From Pseudodesulfovibrio mercurii (GTDB taxonomy: Bacteria > Desulfobacterota > Desulfovibrionia > Desulfovibrionales > Desulfovibrionaceae), in assembly GCF_000189295.2 (NCBI RefSeq), contig NC_016803.1:3660001-3692000 (forward strand): a DNA stretch of 32,000 bases, in the 5' to 3' direction. The position numbers and the translations under genes are program-made. The notes under the pieces are model-generated. The model was given only the letters and a program-made list of their open reading frames with translations, searched no databases and had not been told where the DNA came from. Within the stretch, counting starts at the first letter, position 1; each line of letters begins with the position of its first letter. Below, piece after piece: positions 1-8,254 of the stretch.

Positions 1-1
1 C

Positions 2-727
2 GAGCGCCGAAAGGCTCACGGCCTGCACTTTCTCGGCCTGGTCGGCCACGTGCTTCAGGACACCTATGCCCATTACGGGTTCTGCGGCATGGCGTCGGAC
101 CGCAACCGCATCGACCAGCGGACCCTGACGGTCCGGAACAAGGGGTCCTTCGAGGCCTGGGCCGAGGGGGTGTGCCGGACCTTCGAGGGGCGGTTCACCG
201 GTTCCGTGGCCGAGGAGACCCGGCTGGGGCACGCCTCGGTGGCCACCTTCCCGGACCTGCCGTACCTGAAGTGGGGATTCCGGTACAAGACCGCCCCGGA
301 GCTCTATCCGGGCTACGACCTGGAGGAACGGGACAATCCGGGGTCCTTTTACCTCGCCTGCACCCGGCTGCACGCCCTGTTCCGGGCCTACCGCAACGGC
401 TTGCCGTCGATGGAGCAGAGCGACGGGCACGCCTCCTTCTCCCGGCAGACCTCGGGCGCCCTGCGTTCACTCCTGGGCCGGATCGAGCCCGAGCTGGCGG
501 CGCGCTGCGGCCTGTGGCGGGAGCGCATCGCGGACGGCTCGCTCTTCCCGGCCCTGCCCGAGGACCGGGACGTGGCCTACGACGACGCGCCGTGGCGGTT
601 CGCAGTCATGGAGAACAATGCGGGGGCGACCCTGACCCACGCCTACCTCTTCAACCGGGCGGCGCGGCGTTATCTGGACGCGGTCCTGACCGAGGTGCTG
701 CCGGGTGCGGACCTGCTCGTGGTCTAG
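2..727 (+). CDS. hypothetical protein, 5' end truncated by window edge (possible metal-dependent hydrolase-like H-x3-D-x3-H motif)
   Basis: The frame is open from nt 2 with no stop before the ORF-track GTG at 50. Codon usage is GC3-rich. The motif GHVLQDTYAHYGF spans the supposed start. The TAG stop at 725-727 overlaps the stop of the convergent gene. Confidence 0.6.
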   Translation, partial: ERRKAHGLHFLGLVGHVLQDTYAHYGFCGMASDRNRIDQRTLTVRNKGSFEAWAEGVCRTFEGRFTGSVAEETRLGHASVATFPDLPYLKWGFRYKTAPELYPGYDLEERDNPGSFYLACTRLHALFRAYRNGLPSMEQSDGHASFSRQTSGALRSLLGRIEPELAARCGLWRERIADGSLFPALPEDRDVAYDDAPWRFAVMENNAGATLTHAYLFNRAARRYLDAVLTEVLPGADLLVV

Positions 728-1950
728 TCGGCGGAGCGCGTGTCCACCAGGGCGTTGCGCTGGTAGGCGCGCAGGTCGAACTCGGGCAGGGCGGCCAGGA
801 AGTGGTCCATGATGCCGGAGACGATGTCCTCGTGCAGCTCCCAGGCCGTGTCGCTGGTGAAGCAGTAGATCTCGAGCGGCAGGCCGTCGTCGGCGTGGGG
901 CTGGAGCTGGCGCACGAGCAGGGTCATATCCTGGCGGATCTTGGGGTGGGCGCGCAGGTATTCCCGGGCGTAGTAGCGGAACAGGCCGATGTTGGTCATG
1001 CGCCGCCCGTTGAGCGGCGAGGACGGATCGGCCCCGGACGCGGCGTTGGCGGCGTCGATCTCCTTCTGGCGCATGATCATGAACGGGGCCAGGTGCTGGA
1101 CCTTCATCAACCGCTCCTTGAGGGCGGGGTCGGCGAAGCGGATGGACGACTGGTCGATCATGATGGCCCGCTTCATCCGGCGGCCGCCGCTTTGCGTCAT
1201 GCTCTCCCAGTTCTTGAACGGGGTGTCCAGGAACTTGAAGGTCGGGATGGCCGTGACGGTCATGTCCCAGTTCTGGACCTTGACCGTGTTCAGGGCGATG
1301 TCGATGACCGTGCCGTCCGCGTTCATGGCGGGCATCTCGATCCAGTCCCCGGCGTGGAGCAGGTCGTTGGCCGACATCTGGATGCCCGCCACCAGGGAGA
1401 GCAGGGTGTCGCGGAAGACCAGCATGAGCACCGCGGTCATGGCGCCGATGCCCGAGAGCAGGCCCCAGGGCGACTCGCCGAGCATGATGGCCACCACCGA
1501 GACCCCGCCGAGCATGTAGATGAACAGCTTGACGAGCTGCACGTACCCCTTGATGGGGCGGCGGTTGGAGACCTCGAAGGTCCGGTACAGTCCGGACAGG
1601 GCGTCCAGGAGTTTGGCCAGGATCAGGACCACGGCCACGGCCAGGTAGGCGTAGATCAGGTGGTCCAGGACCCCTTTGAGCCCGGAGAAGAATTCCAGCC
1701 CCCAGAAGAAGACCAGGGCCGGGGCCAGGAGCGCGGCCCTCGAGAAGAACCCGGCCTTGAGCAGGAAGTCGTCGAAGCTGTTGTTGGTCCGGTGGGCGAA
1801 GGCCCTGGCCCCGCGCACCAGCAGCGCCCGCGCCAGGAAGAAGGCGATCAGGCCGCCCGCGATCAGGAGGCCGGTCTTGGTCGCGAGGTCCAGGATCGGG
1901 TCCGAGTCGATGAGGGTGACGGGCAGGGTGAGGGACAGGTCGAGGTTCAC
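724..1950 (-). CDS. mechanosensitive ion channel (MscS family) protein
   Basis: N-terminal TM helices are followed by an MscS-type beta domain (GDWIEMPAMNADGTVIDIALNTVKVQNWDMTVTAIPT). I prefer the GTG at 1950, which is preceded by AAGGAG with a 9-nt spacer. The ORF-track ATG at 2064 would leave only 32 bp to the divergent gene. Confidence 0.85.
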   Translation of the reverse strand: MNLDLSLTLPVTLIDSDPILDLATKTGLLIAGGLIAFFLARALLVRGARAFAHRTNNSFDDFLLKAGFFSRAALLAPALVFFWGLEFFSGLKGVLDHLIYAYLAVAVVLILAKLLDALSGLYRTFEVSNRRPIKGYVQLVKLFIYMLGGVSVVAIMLGESPWGLLSGIGAMTAVLMLVFRDTLLSLVAGIQMSANDLLHAGDWIEMPAMNADGTVIDIALNTVKVQNWDMTVTAIPTFKFLDTPFKNWESMTQSGGRRMKRAIMIDQSSIRFADPALKERLMKVQHLAPFMIMRQKEIDAANAASGADPSSPLNGRRMTNIGLFRYYAREYLRAHPKIRQDMTLLVRQLQPHADDGLPLEIYCFTSDTAWELHEDIVSGIMDHFLAALPEFDLRAYQRNALVDTRSAD

Positions 1951-2096
1951 GGGGTGCGGCTCCTTGTGCGCGTGGTCTGCCCCGTTTCTAGCAGATTCCC
2001 CCCGCCTTGAGAACCGCCCGCAGGGGGGCGGACCCGGTTTGACAACGGGCGCGATGTCCTCCATGCTGGCCGGGAAAAAGTCCCGAGGAACGATAC

Positions 2097-3290
2097 ATGG
2101 GTTACTGGTTCATCATCGTCATGACCGTCTCCACCCTGCTGGTCCTGTACCTGGGGTGGCGGCTGATCAATCCGCTGCACATCGGCATCAAGCGCAAGCT
2201 GACGCTCTGGTTTCTGCTGGCCCTGCTCCTGTTCGGGCACCGGCTGACCTGGATGCTGCACCGCACCGACCGGGTCCAGCTGGTGGCCTGCGACTCCATC
2301 GACTGGATCGGGTTCACCTTTCTCGGGTTCATTTCCATCCTGGTGGTCTTCATGCTGGCCCGCGACATCCCGAGCCTGTTCGGGCGCACGGTCTCCGGCG
2401 TGAAGCGGTTGTTCGTCCGGCGCAGCCGGCGGCCCTATTTCATGGGTCCGGACCGAGACCGGCGGCGCTTCCTGCTGAACGCCTCCAACGGGCTCTTCCT
2501 GGCCGCGGCCCTGCCCATGGCGGGCTTCGGGGTGTACAACGCCCGGCGCAGGCCCACGGTCATCAAAAACGACCTGCCCGTGCCCGGACTGCCGGACGGC
2601 CTGGACGGCCTGACCATCGCCCAGATCTCGGACACGCACATCGGTCCGACCATCCGGGGCGGATGGGCGCGCAAGGTGGTGGACGAGGTCAACGGGCTCG
2701 AGCCCGACATCATCGTGCATACCGGCGACCTGGTGGACGGGGCCGTGGACGGGCTCAAGGCGGACGTGGAGCCCTTCGGCGACCTGCGCGCCCCGCACGG
2801 GGTGTGGTTCTGCACCGGCAACCACGAGTATTATTCCGGGGTCTTCGAGTGGCTCGCCGAGACGAGGCGGCTGGGCATGCGCCCGCTGATCAACGAGCAC
2901 GCGGTCATCGACACGGGCCGGGGCAGGCTGCTGCTGGGCGGGGTCACGGACCTGCGCATGGGCGGGTCCGTGCCGGGCCAGGCGTCCTCGCCGTCCAGGG
3001 CCATGGCGGGCGCTCCGCCGCACGACGTGTCCGTGCTCCTGGCTCACGAGCCCGATTCCGTGTACGGCGCGGCCGAGGCGGGCTTCGACATCCAGCTGTC
3101 CGGGCACACCCACGGCGGGCAGTACTTTCCGTACAACTACGTCATCCACCTCTTTCAGACCTTCGTGCGCGGTCTGTACGTGCACGAGGACACGCTGCTC
3201 TACGTGAACATGGGCACCGGCTACTGGGGCCCGCCCATGCGCATCGGCACCGCCCCGGAGATCACCCTGCACACCCTGCGACGGGCCTAG
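2097..3290 (+). CDS. membrane-anchored metallophosphoesterase (calcineurin-like, YkuE-type)
   Basis: Motifs DTHIG, TGDLVD, GNHEYY and GHTHGGQ are present. There are N-terminal hydrophobic helices. GAGGA lies 7 nt upstream of the ATG. Confidence 0.9.
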   Translation: MGYWFIIVMTVSTLLVLYLGWRLINPLHIGIKRKLTLWFLLALLLFGHRLTWMLHRTDRVQLVACDSIDWIGFTFLGFISILVVFMLARDIPSLFGRTVSGVKRLFVRRSRRPYFMGPDRDRRRFLLNASNGLFLAAALPMAGFGVYNARRRPTVIKNDLPVPGLPDGLDGLTIAQISDTHIGPTIRGGWARKVVDEVNGLEPDIIVHTGDLVDGAVDGLKADVEPFGDLRAPHGVWFCTGNHEYYSGVFEWLAETRRLGMRPLINEHAVIDTGRGRLLLGGVTDLRMGGSVPGQASSPSRAMAGAPPHDVSVLLAHEPDSVYGAAEAGFDIQLSGHTHGGQYFPYNYVIHLFQTFVRGLYVHEDTLLYVNMGTGYWGPPMRIGTAPEITLHTLRRA

Positions 3291-3394
3291 ACGAATCAGG
3301 GGGAAGGCCCCCGCGGCCTTTGCGAAGCGGATAGGGTCGCGCCGAAGGCGCCTTAGTGGGATGCAAGGGTGCGAACCCTTGCCCACCGGAGGCG

Positions 3395-3440
3395 AAGTCA
3401 CCCGTCCATCGCCGCGAAACGGCCTTCATGTCCTGATTTC
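3395..3440. repeat. intergenic repeat module C (AAGTCACCCGTCCATCGCCGCG...CTGATTTC)
   Basis: A 22-nt exact match to 22035-22056, with a similar tail. It lies in a gene-free mosaic of short hairpins at 3300-3440. Confidence 0.7.
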
Positions 3441-3453
3441 TCTCACTCTCGAC

Positions 3454-3491
3454 AAAAAAAGGGCCGACGCACGCAATGCGCGCGTCGGCCC
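3454..3491 (-). terminator. rho-independent terminator of the permease gene
   Basis: A 10-bp perfect stem (GGGCCGACGC at 3461-3470 with GCGTCGGCCC at 3482-3491). The A7 run at 3454-3460 is a T7 run on the minus strand. It lies 22 nt downstream of the stop at 3513. Confidence 0.75.
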
Positions 3492-3512
3492 GTTGCCGTT
3501 CGTGCCGTTCGA

Positions 3513-4862
3513 TCAGGCCCGTTCGCGTCGGCGGTTGCGCGGCCGGTCGCCGTGCATGAGCCACGCGCCCGCCACCAGGATGAGCAGGGACAGGACCAGG
3601 AAGTGCAGGAACATGGTCTTCTGGATGGCCCCCCAGATGATGTACAGGGAACCGGCCCCGGCCAGGCAGGGGCAGGCGTAGCGGTTGAAGGGGCCGAGGT
3701 CGGTGAAGGTCTTCATGACCCAGACGTAGAGGGAGATGTAGATGACGTAGAGGAAGGCGATGGGCAGCTCGGAGATGTCCATGAAGTTGCCCCACCAGCC
3801 CGCGAAGTTGCCGTACCAGACCAGGAGCCAGAAGCAGGAGAGGACGTAGCCGATGACCGCCGATAGGGTGGTGCTGTTGGTCAGGGGATTGACCTTGCTG
3901 AACAGGTCCGGGCGCGGGCCCAGGCCGCGCGAGGCGATGGAGAACATGCCGCGCGCCGAGCCCATGATCAGGCCGTTCAGGGTGCCCAGGCAGGAGATGA
4001 TCACGAAAACCGTGAGCAGGGTGCCACCCAGGCGGCCGAAGATGAGGGCGATGACCCGCACCGGGGCCGCGTCGCCCTCGGCCAGGACCTGCTCGTTGGT
4101 CAGCACGCCCGAGATGCCCAGGTAGTAGAGCATGTAGATGCAGACCACGGCGATGGTCCCGACCACCAGGGCGCGGGGCAGGGTGCGCCTGGCGTCCTTG
4201 AGCTCCGCGTTGATGACCGTGGCGATGATCCAGCCCTCGTAGGCGAAGGCCGTGGACAGGGTGGCCAGGGCCAGGCCGCCGCCTCCCTGGGACACGGTCC
4301 TGGCCGCGGTGGTGAAGTTTTCCATGGTCATGCCCGAGTGCATCCCGGTGATGGTCCCGACCACGGCCACCAGGGCCAGGGGGATGAGCTTGATGACGGT
4401 GGAGGCCACCTGCCACCGCCCGGCCAGGACCGGCGAGAAGTAGTTGAGCAGGAAGAAGGCCGTCAGGTAGCCCCAGGCCAGCGGCCACAGGGCGCCCTCC
4501 ACGCCCATCAGTCCCTGGGTGTAGTTGGCCGAGACCCAGGCCAGCACGGCCACCAGGGTGGGATAGTAGATGAAGGTCATGAACCAGGCCACCATGTATC
4601 CGGCGTTTTTGCCGTAGGCCTGTTCGAAGTAGTCCACCACGCCGTTGATCTTCTGGATGCGGGTGGCGATCTTGGAGAAGACGTAGGCGGTGACGACCAT
4701 GATCACGCCGCCGATGAGCCAGGCGGACAGGGCCGTGGGCAGGCTCCCGTTCGAGGCCTCGAGCACGTTGTCCGCCTTGAAGAATACGCCCGAGCCGATG
4801 ACGATGCCCACGACCATGGCGGTCGCGGTCCAGAATCCGTACTTTTTTTGTAGGTTGTTCAT
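3513..4862 (-). CDS. APC-family amino acid permease
   Basis: About 12 predicted TM helices. The N-terminus FWTATAMVVGIVIGSGVFFK is typical of amino acid/polyamine/organocation transporters. Confidence 0.85.
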   Translation of the reverse strand: MNNLQKKYGFWTATAMVVGIVIGSGVFFKADNVLEASNGSLPTALSAWLIGGVIMVVTAYVFSKIATRIQKINGVVDYFEQAYGKNAGYMVAWFMTFIYYPTLVAVLAWVSANYTQGLMGVEGALWPLAWGYLTAFFLLNYFSPVLAGRWQVASTVIKLIPLALVAVVGTITGMHSGMTMENFTTAARTVSQGGGGLALATLSTAFAYEGWIIATVINAELKDARRTLPRALVVGTIAVVCIYMLYYLGISGVLTNEQVLAEGDAAPVRVIALIFGRLGGTLLTVFVIISCLGTLNGLIMGSARGMFSIASRGLGPRPDLFSKVNPLTNSTTLSAVIGYVLSCFWLLVWYGNFAGWWGNFMDISELPIAFLYVIYISLYVWVMKTFTDLGPFNRYACPCLAGAGSLYIIWGAIQKTMFLHFLVLSLLILVAGAWLMHGDRPRNRRRERA

Positions 4863-5050
4863 GATGATATTGGGTCGCCCTGTAGGGCCGTATAGGGGGT
4901 TTGCGATAGCTGCCCGTCCTTCCCTTTGACCGCACCTCCTGCGGCGACGGGCCTTGGACCCATTACCGCCCCGGCCCGGTTACGTCCAGCCCTTTCCCGC
5001 ATCCGTTCGGCTCGACCGCGCACGGCCGGGCACGGCGCGCGCATTGTCGC

Positions 5051-5079
5051 TTGACTCCCAGGTCAACATGACCTAAATC
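5051..5079 (+). promoter_or_regulatory. candidate sigma-70 promoter of the GntR-family gene
   Basis: TTGACT (5051-5056), a 17-nt spacer, then TAAATC (5074-5079), immediately upstream of the palindromic operator. Confidence 0.4.
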
Positions 5080-5080
5080 C

Positions 5081-5097
5081 AATTGGTCCAACCAATT
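5081..5097. promoter_or_regulatory. PdhR/LldR-type GntR operator (AATTGGT-N3-ACCAATT)
   Basis: A perfect 7-3-7 inverted repeat, AATTGGTCCAACCAATT. It lies between the candidate -10 and the ATG at 5113 of the FadR-subfamily GntR regulator. Confidence 0.65.
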
Positions 5098-5112
5098 TTG
5101 CGAGGCGTATCC

Positions 5113-5826
5113 ATGGAAGCCAGACCAGTGAGCAGAAAGAGCATATCCGGCGAGATCGTCAGCCAGATCAGGGAGATGATCGATCACGGGCGGTTGCAGC
5201 CCGGCGACCGGCTGCCTGCCGAGCGCCGGCTGGCCGAGCAGTTCGGCGTGTCCCGCACCACGGTGCGCGAGGGCATCAAGATCCTGTCAGAGTCCGGGTT
5301 GCTGACCAGCCGCCAGGGCGCGGGGACCTTTGTCAGCCGTCCGGACGACGGGAACCGGGAGGGGGCGCTGATCGAGGCGGTCCTGGCCGGGAACTACGGC
5401 CTCCAGGACGTCTTCGAGGTGCGCAAGATGCTCGAGCCCGAGATCGCGGCCCTGGCCGCGCGCAACGGCTCTCCGGACGCCAAGACCCGGCTCGAGGCCA
5501 TCATCATGGAGCAGGAACAGGCCATTGCGGACGGCGAGAGCGGGGCGGGCATCGACCACCGCTTTCACCAGGCCCTGGCCGAGGCCTCGGGCAACCCTGT
5601 GTTGCGCGAAATGGTCACGGCCCTGCATGAGGGGTTCTCGCGCAGTCGGGCCGAGGAGGTCCAGTCGCCCCGGCGGGCCAAGGCCTCCCTGGCCGCCCAC
5701 CGGGCCATCGTGGAGGCCGTCAGGAACGGCCACGCCATGCAGGCCGAGCGGGCCATGCGGGAGCATCTCGACGAAGTGGAAAGAATCATCTTTGATAATC
5801 AAAGAGGAGTATACTCAAGGAGATAG
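5113..5826 (+). CDS. GntR-family transcriptional regulator, FadR/FCD subfamily (LldR/PdhR-like)
   Basis: Winged HTH sequence LPAERRLAEQFGVSRTTVREGIKILSESGLLTSRQGAGTFV plus a C-terminal FCD-like helical domain. I prefer the ATG at 5113 (GAGG 7 nt upstream) because the ORF-track TTG at 5083 lies inside the operator. Confidence 0.85.
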   Translation: MEARPVSRKSISGEIVSQIREMIDHGRLQPGDRLPAERRLAEQFGVSRTTVREGIKILSESGLLTSRQGAGTFVSRPDDGNREGALIEAVLAGNYGLQDVFEVRKMLEPEIAALAARNGSPDAKTRLEAIIMEQEQAIADGESGAGIDHRFHQALAEASGNPVLREMVTALHEGFSRSRAEEVQSPRRAKASLAAHRAIVEAVRNGHAMQAERAMREHLDEVERIIFDNQRGVYSRR

Positions 5827-5828
5827 CG

Positions 5829-6845
5829 ATGAAGGAAATCAAAGAGAAAGCACGAGAACTGATGAAGGGATTCTGCCGAGTGTGCAAGGTCTGCGACGGC
5901 AAGGCCTGCGCGGGCGAGGTGCCCGGCATGGGCGGCCTGGGCACGGGCGCGTCCTTCAAGGCCAACGTCGAGGCCCTGGAGGGCTTCCGTCTGAACATGC
6001 GTCTGCTGCACGACGCGGCCGAGCCCGACACCTCCACCACCCTGCTCGGCATCGACCTGTCCATGCCGGTCATGGCCGCGCCCATCGGCGGCGTGTCCTT
6101 CAACATGGGCGGCGGCGTGTCCGAGGAGGACTACATCGACGCCGTGATCGGCGGCTCCAGAGCGGCCGGGGTCATCGGCTGCACCGGCGACGGCGTGCCG
6201 CCCTTCATCCACGAGGCCGGGTTCGCGGCCATCGAGAAGAACGCGGGCCGGGGCATCCCGTTCATCAAGCCGTGGGAAGGCGAGGAGCTGAACGAGAAGC
6301 TCGAGAAGGCGCGCAAGACCGGCTGCACCGTGTTCGGCATGGACGTGGACGCGGCCGGGCTGATCACCCTGCGCCAGATGGGCCGCCCCGTGGCGCCCAA
6401 GCCCGTGTCCGAGCTGAAGAAGATCATCGACCTGGTGCACGGCTGGGGCGCGAAGTTCATCCTCAAGGGGATCATGACCCCGGATGAGGCCGAACTGGCC
6501 GTCAAGGCGGGCGCGGACGCCATCGTGGTCTCCAACCACGGCGGGCGCGTGCTCGACCACACCCCCGGCACGGCCGAGGCCCTGCCCGACGTGGCCGAAA
6601 AGGTCCACGGCAAGATCACCATCCTGGTGGACGGCGGCATCCGCACCGGCGCGGACGTGCTCAAGATGCTGGCGCTCGGGGCCGACGGCGTGCTCATCGG
6701 CCGCCCGGTGTCCGTGGCCGCCGTGGGCGGCCTGCAGGAAGGGGTCGAGAAGTACTACGCGACCATCAAGGCCCAGCTCTCCGGAGCCATGGTCCTGACC
6801 GGCTGCAAGGACATCGCCTCCATCGACGCCAACGTCCTGTTCTAA
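5829..6845 (+). CDS. FMN-dependent alpha-hydroxy acid dehydrogenase/oxidase family protein with N-terminal CxxCxxCx4C motif
   Basis: Contains VSNHGGRVLDH, DGGIRTGADVLKMLALGADGVLIGRP and N-terminal CRVCKVCDGKAC. An AAGGAG RBS is present. Confidence 0.85.
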   Translation: MKEIKEKARELMKGFCRVCKVCDGKACAGEVPGMGGLGTGASFKANVEALEGFRLNMRLLHDAAEPDTSTTLLGIDLSMPVMAAPIGGVSFNMGGGVSEEDYIDAVIGGSRAAGVIGCTGDGVPPFIHEAGFAAIEKNAGRGIPFIKPWEGEELNEKLEKARKTGCTVFGMDVDAAGLITLRQMGRPVAPKPVSELKKIIDLVHGWGAKFILKGIMTPDEAELAVKAGADAIVVSNHGGRVLDHTPGTAEALPDVAEKVHGKITILVDGGIRTGADVLKMLALGADGVLIGRPVSVAAVGGLQEGVEKYYATIKAQLSGAMVLTGCKDIASIDANVLF

Positions 6846-6856
6846 AGGAGCCTCGC

Positions 6857-7657
6857 GTGATCACCACCTACATACTCTACGTCTGCCTTGGGGCGGTGGC
6901 CGGGGTCCTGGCCGGGCTGCTCGGCATCGGCGGGGGCCTGGTCATCGTGCCCATGCTCAACTTCGCCTTCGAGTGGCAGCACTTCCCGATGGAGCACATC
7001 CAGCACATCGCCCTGGGCACCTCCATGGCCACGATCATCTTCACCTCCATCTCCAGCATGCGCGCCCACCACAAGCGCGGGGCCATCAACTACACCGCCT
7101 TCTGGCGGCTGGCTCCGGGCATCATCATCGGCACCTACCTGGGGTCGTGGATCGCCTCCCTGCTGTCCACCACGTTCTTGAAGATCTTCTTCGGTCTGTT
7201 CCTGTATTACGTGGCCACCCAGATGCTCCTGAACATCAAGCCCAAGGCCGCCCACGAGCTGCCCGGCAAGGCCGGGACCTTTGCGGCGGGCAGCGGCATC
7301 GGCGTGTTCTCGGCCCTGGTCGGCATCGGCGGCGGCACCCTGACCGTGCCGTTCCTGTCCTGGTGCAACCTGACCATGCACGCGGCCATCGCCACGGCGG
7401 CGGCCGTGGGGCTGCCCATCGCCCTGGCGGGCACCACCGGGTACATCGTCAACGGCTGGTCCGTGCAGGGCATTCCCGGCCCGCACATCGGTTATGTGTA
7501 CATTCCGGCCCTGCTCGGCATCATCGTGACCAGCACCCTGACCGCGCCCTTCGGGGCCAAGCTGGCCCACAGCCTGCCCGTGACCAAGCTCAAGAAGATC
7601 TTCGCGATCCTCCTCTTCCTCGTCGGCACCCGCATGCTGTATAAAGCATTCATGTAG
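6857..7657 (+). CDS. TauE/SafE-family (DUF81) anion exporter membrane protein
   Basis: Polytopic membrane protein with duplicated GIGGG(L/T) motifs (LLGIGGGLVIVPML and LVGIGGGTLTVPFL). GTG start with AAGGAG 6 nt upstream. Confidence 0.8.
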   Translation: MITTYILYVCLGAVAGVLAGLLGIGGGLVIVPMLNFAFEWQHFPMEHIQHIALGTSMATIIFTSISSMRAHHKRGAINYTAFWRLAPGIIIGTYLGSWIASLLSTTFLKIFFGLFLYYVATQMLLNIKPKAAHELPGKAGTFAAGSGIGVFSALVGIGGGTLTVPFLSWCNLTMHAAIATAAAVGLPIALAGTTGYIVNGWSVQGIPGPHIGYVYIPALLGIIVTSTLTAPFGAKLAHSLPVTKLKKIFAILLFLVGTRMLYKAFM

Positions 7658-7664
7658 AACGGCG

Positions 7665-7788
7665 GGCGGCTTGCGATAGCGGGCCGCCTGCACATTTTTC
7701 GTGGGCCTGTCTGACCGCAGCGTAGCCTAGCTACGTGAGGATCAGACAGGTCCACGAAAAATGCACATTCGACCCCCTCTCCCAAGCC
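7665..7788. repeat. family-A long palindromic repeat, copy A1
   Basis: Outer arms GGCGGCTTGCGATAGCGGGCCGCCTGCACATTTTT and its imperfect complement. The 22-bp inner stem (7693-7714 with 7742-7763) has one G-T pair. The 27-nt loop is CCGCAGCGTAGCCTAGCTACGTGAGGA. Confidence 0.85.
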
Positions 7789-7860
7789 TATTCCGGGCGC
7801 GGGGGAGAGAGCCGTTGTCGGGTGCTGCGCACCCGAATCACTCCAGGGTGGAAGAAGAGA

Positions 7861-7884
7861 GGACTGCGGGGCGGTCCTTTTTTT
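7861..7884 (+). terminator. probable intrinsic terminator after the TauE gene
   Basis: A short GC hairpin (GGACTGCGGGGCGGTCC) followed by T7. It resembles the hairpin-plus-T-run modules at 31638-31663 and 31846-31871. Confidence 0.5.
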
Positions 7885-7900
7885 GTGGGTGAGATCGGGG

Positions 7901-8224
7901 TTAGAGGCCGTGTTCGTGCTGGTGGGCGTCGAGGACGTTGTCCACGTGGATGAGTTTTTCCTCGATTTTGCCGGGCTTGATGGTGTAGCGGGTCACGGTC
8001 CAGTCGAGCTGGTCGATGAACTCCACGTGGCCGTAGCCGTTTTCGGGCAACAGGTCGCGCACGGCCTCGATGAAGTCGTCGATGAGGATGTACTTGCCCT
8101 CGTGGTCAACGCGCAGGACGTCGCCGTCGTAGGCCACCTGCTCGAAGGGGCAGATGTCCTTGATCTTGTCGAACATCTCCTGGTTCACGCGGTGAAAATC
8201 GCCGTACACGCGGACATCTTCCAT
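7901..8224 (-). CDS. small acidic hypothetical protein (107 aa)
   Basis: GC3-biased codon usage with a GGGAGAAAG RBS. It is the last gene of the lpxB-GT2 co-oriented string. I do not recognise a family. Confidence 0.65.
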   Translation of the reverse strand: MEDVRVYGDFHRVNQEMFDKIKDICPFEQVAYDGDVLRVDHEGKYILIDDFIEAVRDLLPENGYGHVEFIDQLDWTVTRYTIKPGKIEEKLIHVDNVLDAHQHEHGL

Positions 8225-8254
8225 GGTCTTTCTCCCTCGGGGAACGGGCGGGGC

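Noticed and set aside
724-727. The 4-nt overlap of the convergent stop codons of the first two genes, considered as a possible regulatory feature.
   Set aside because: This is a common consequence of compact convergent genes. No associated structure was seen.
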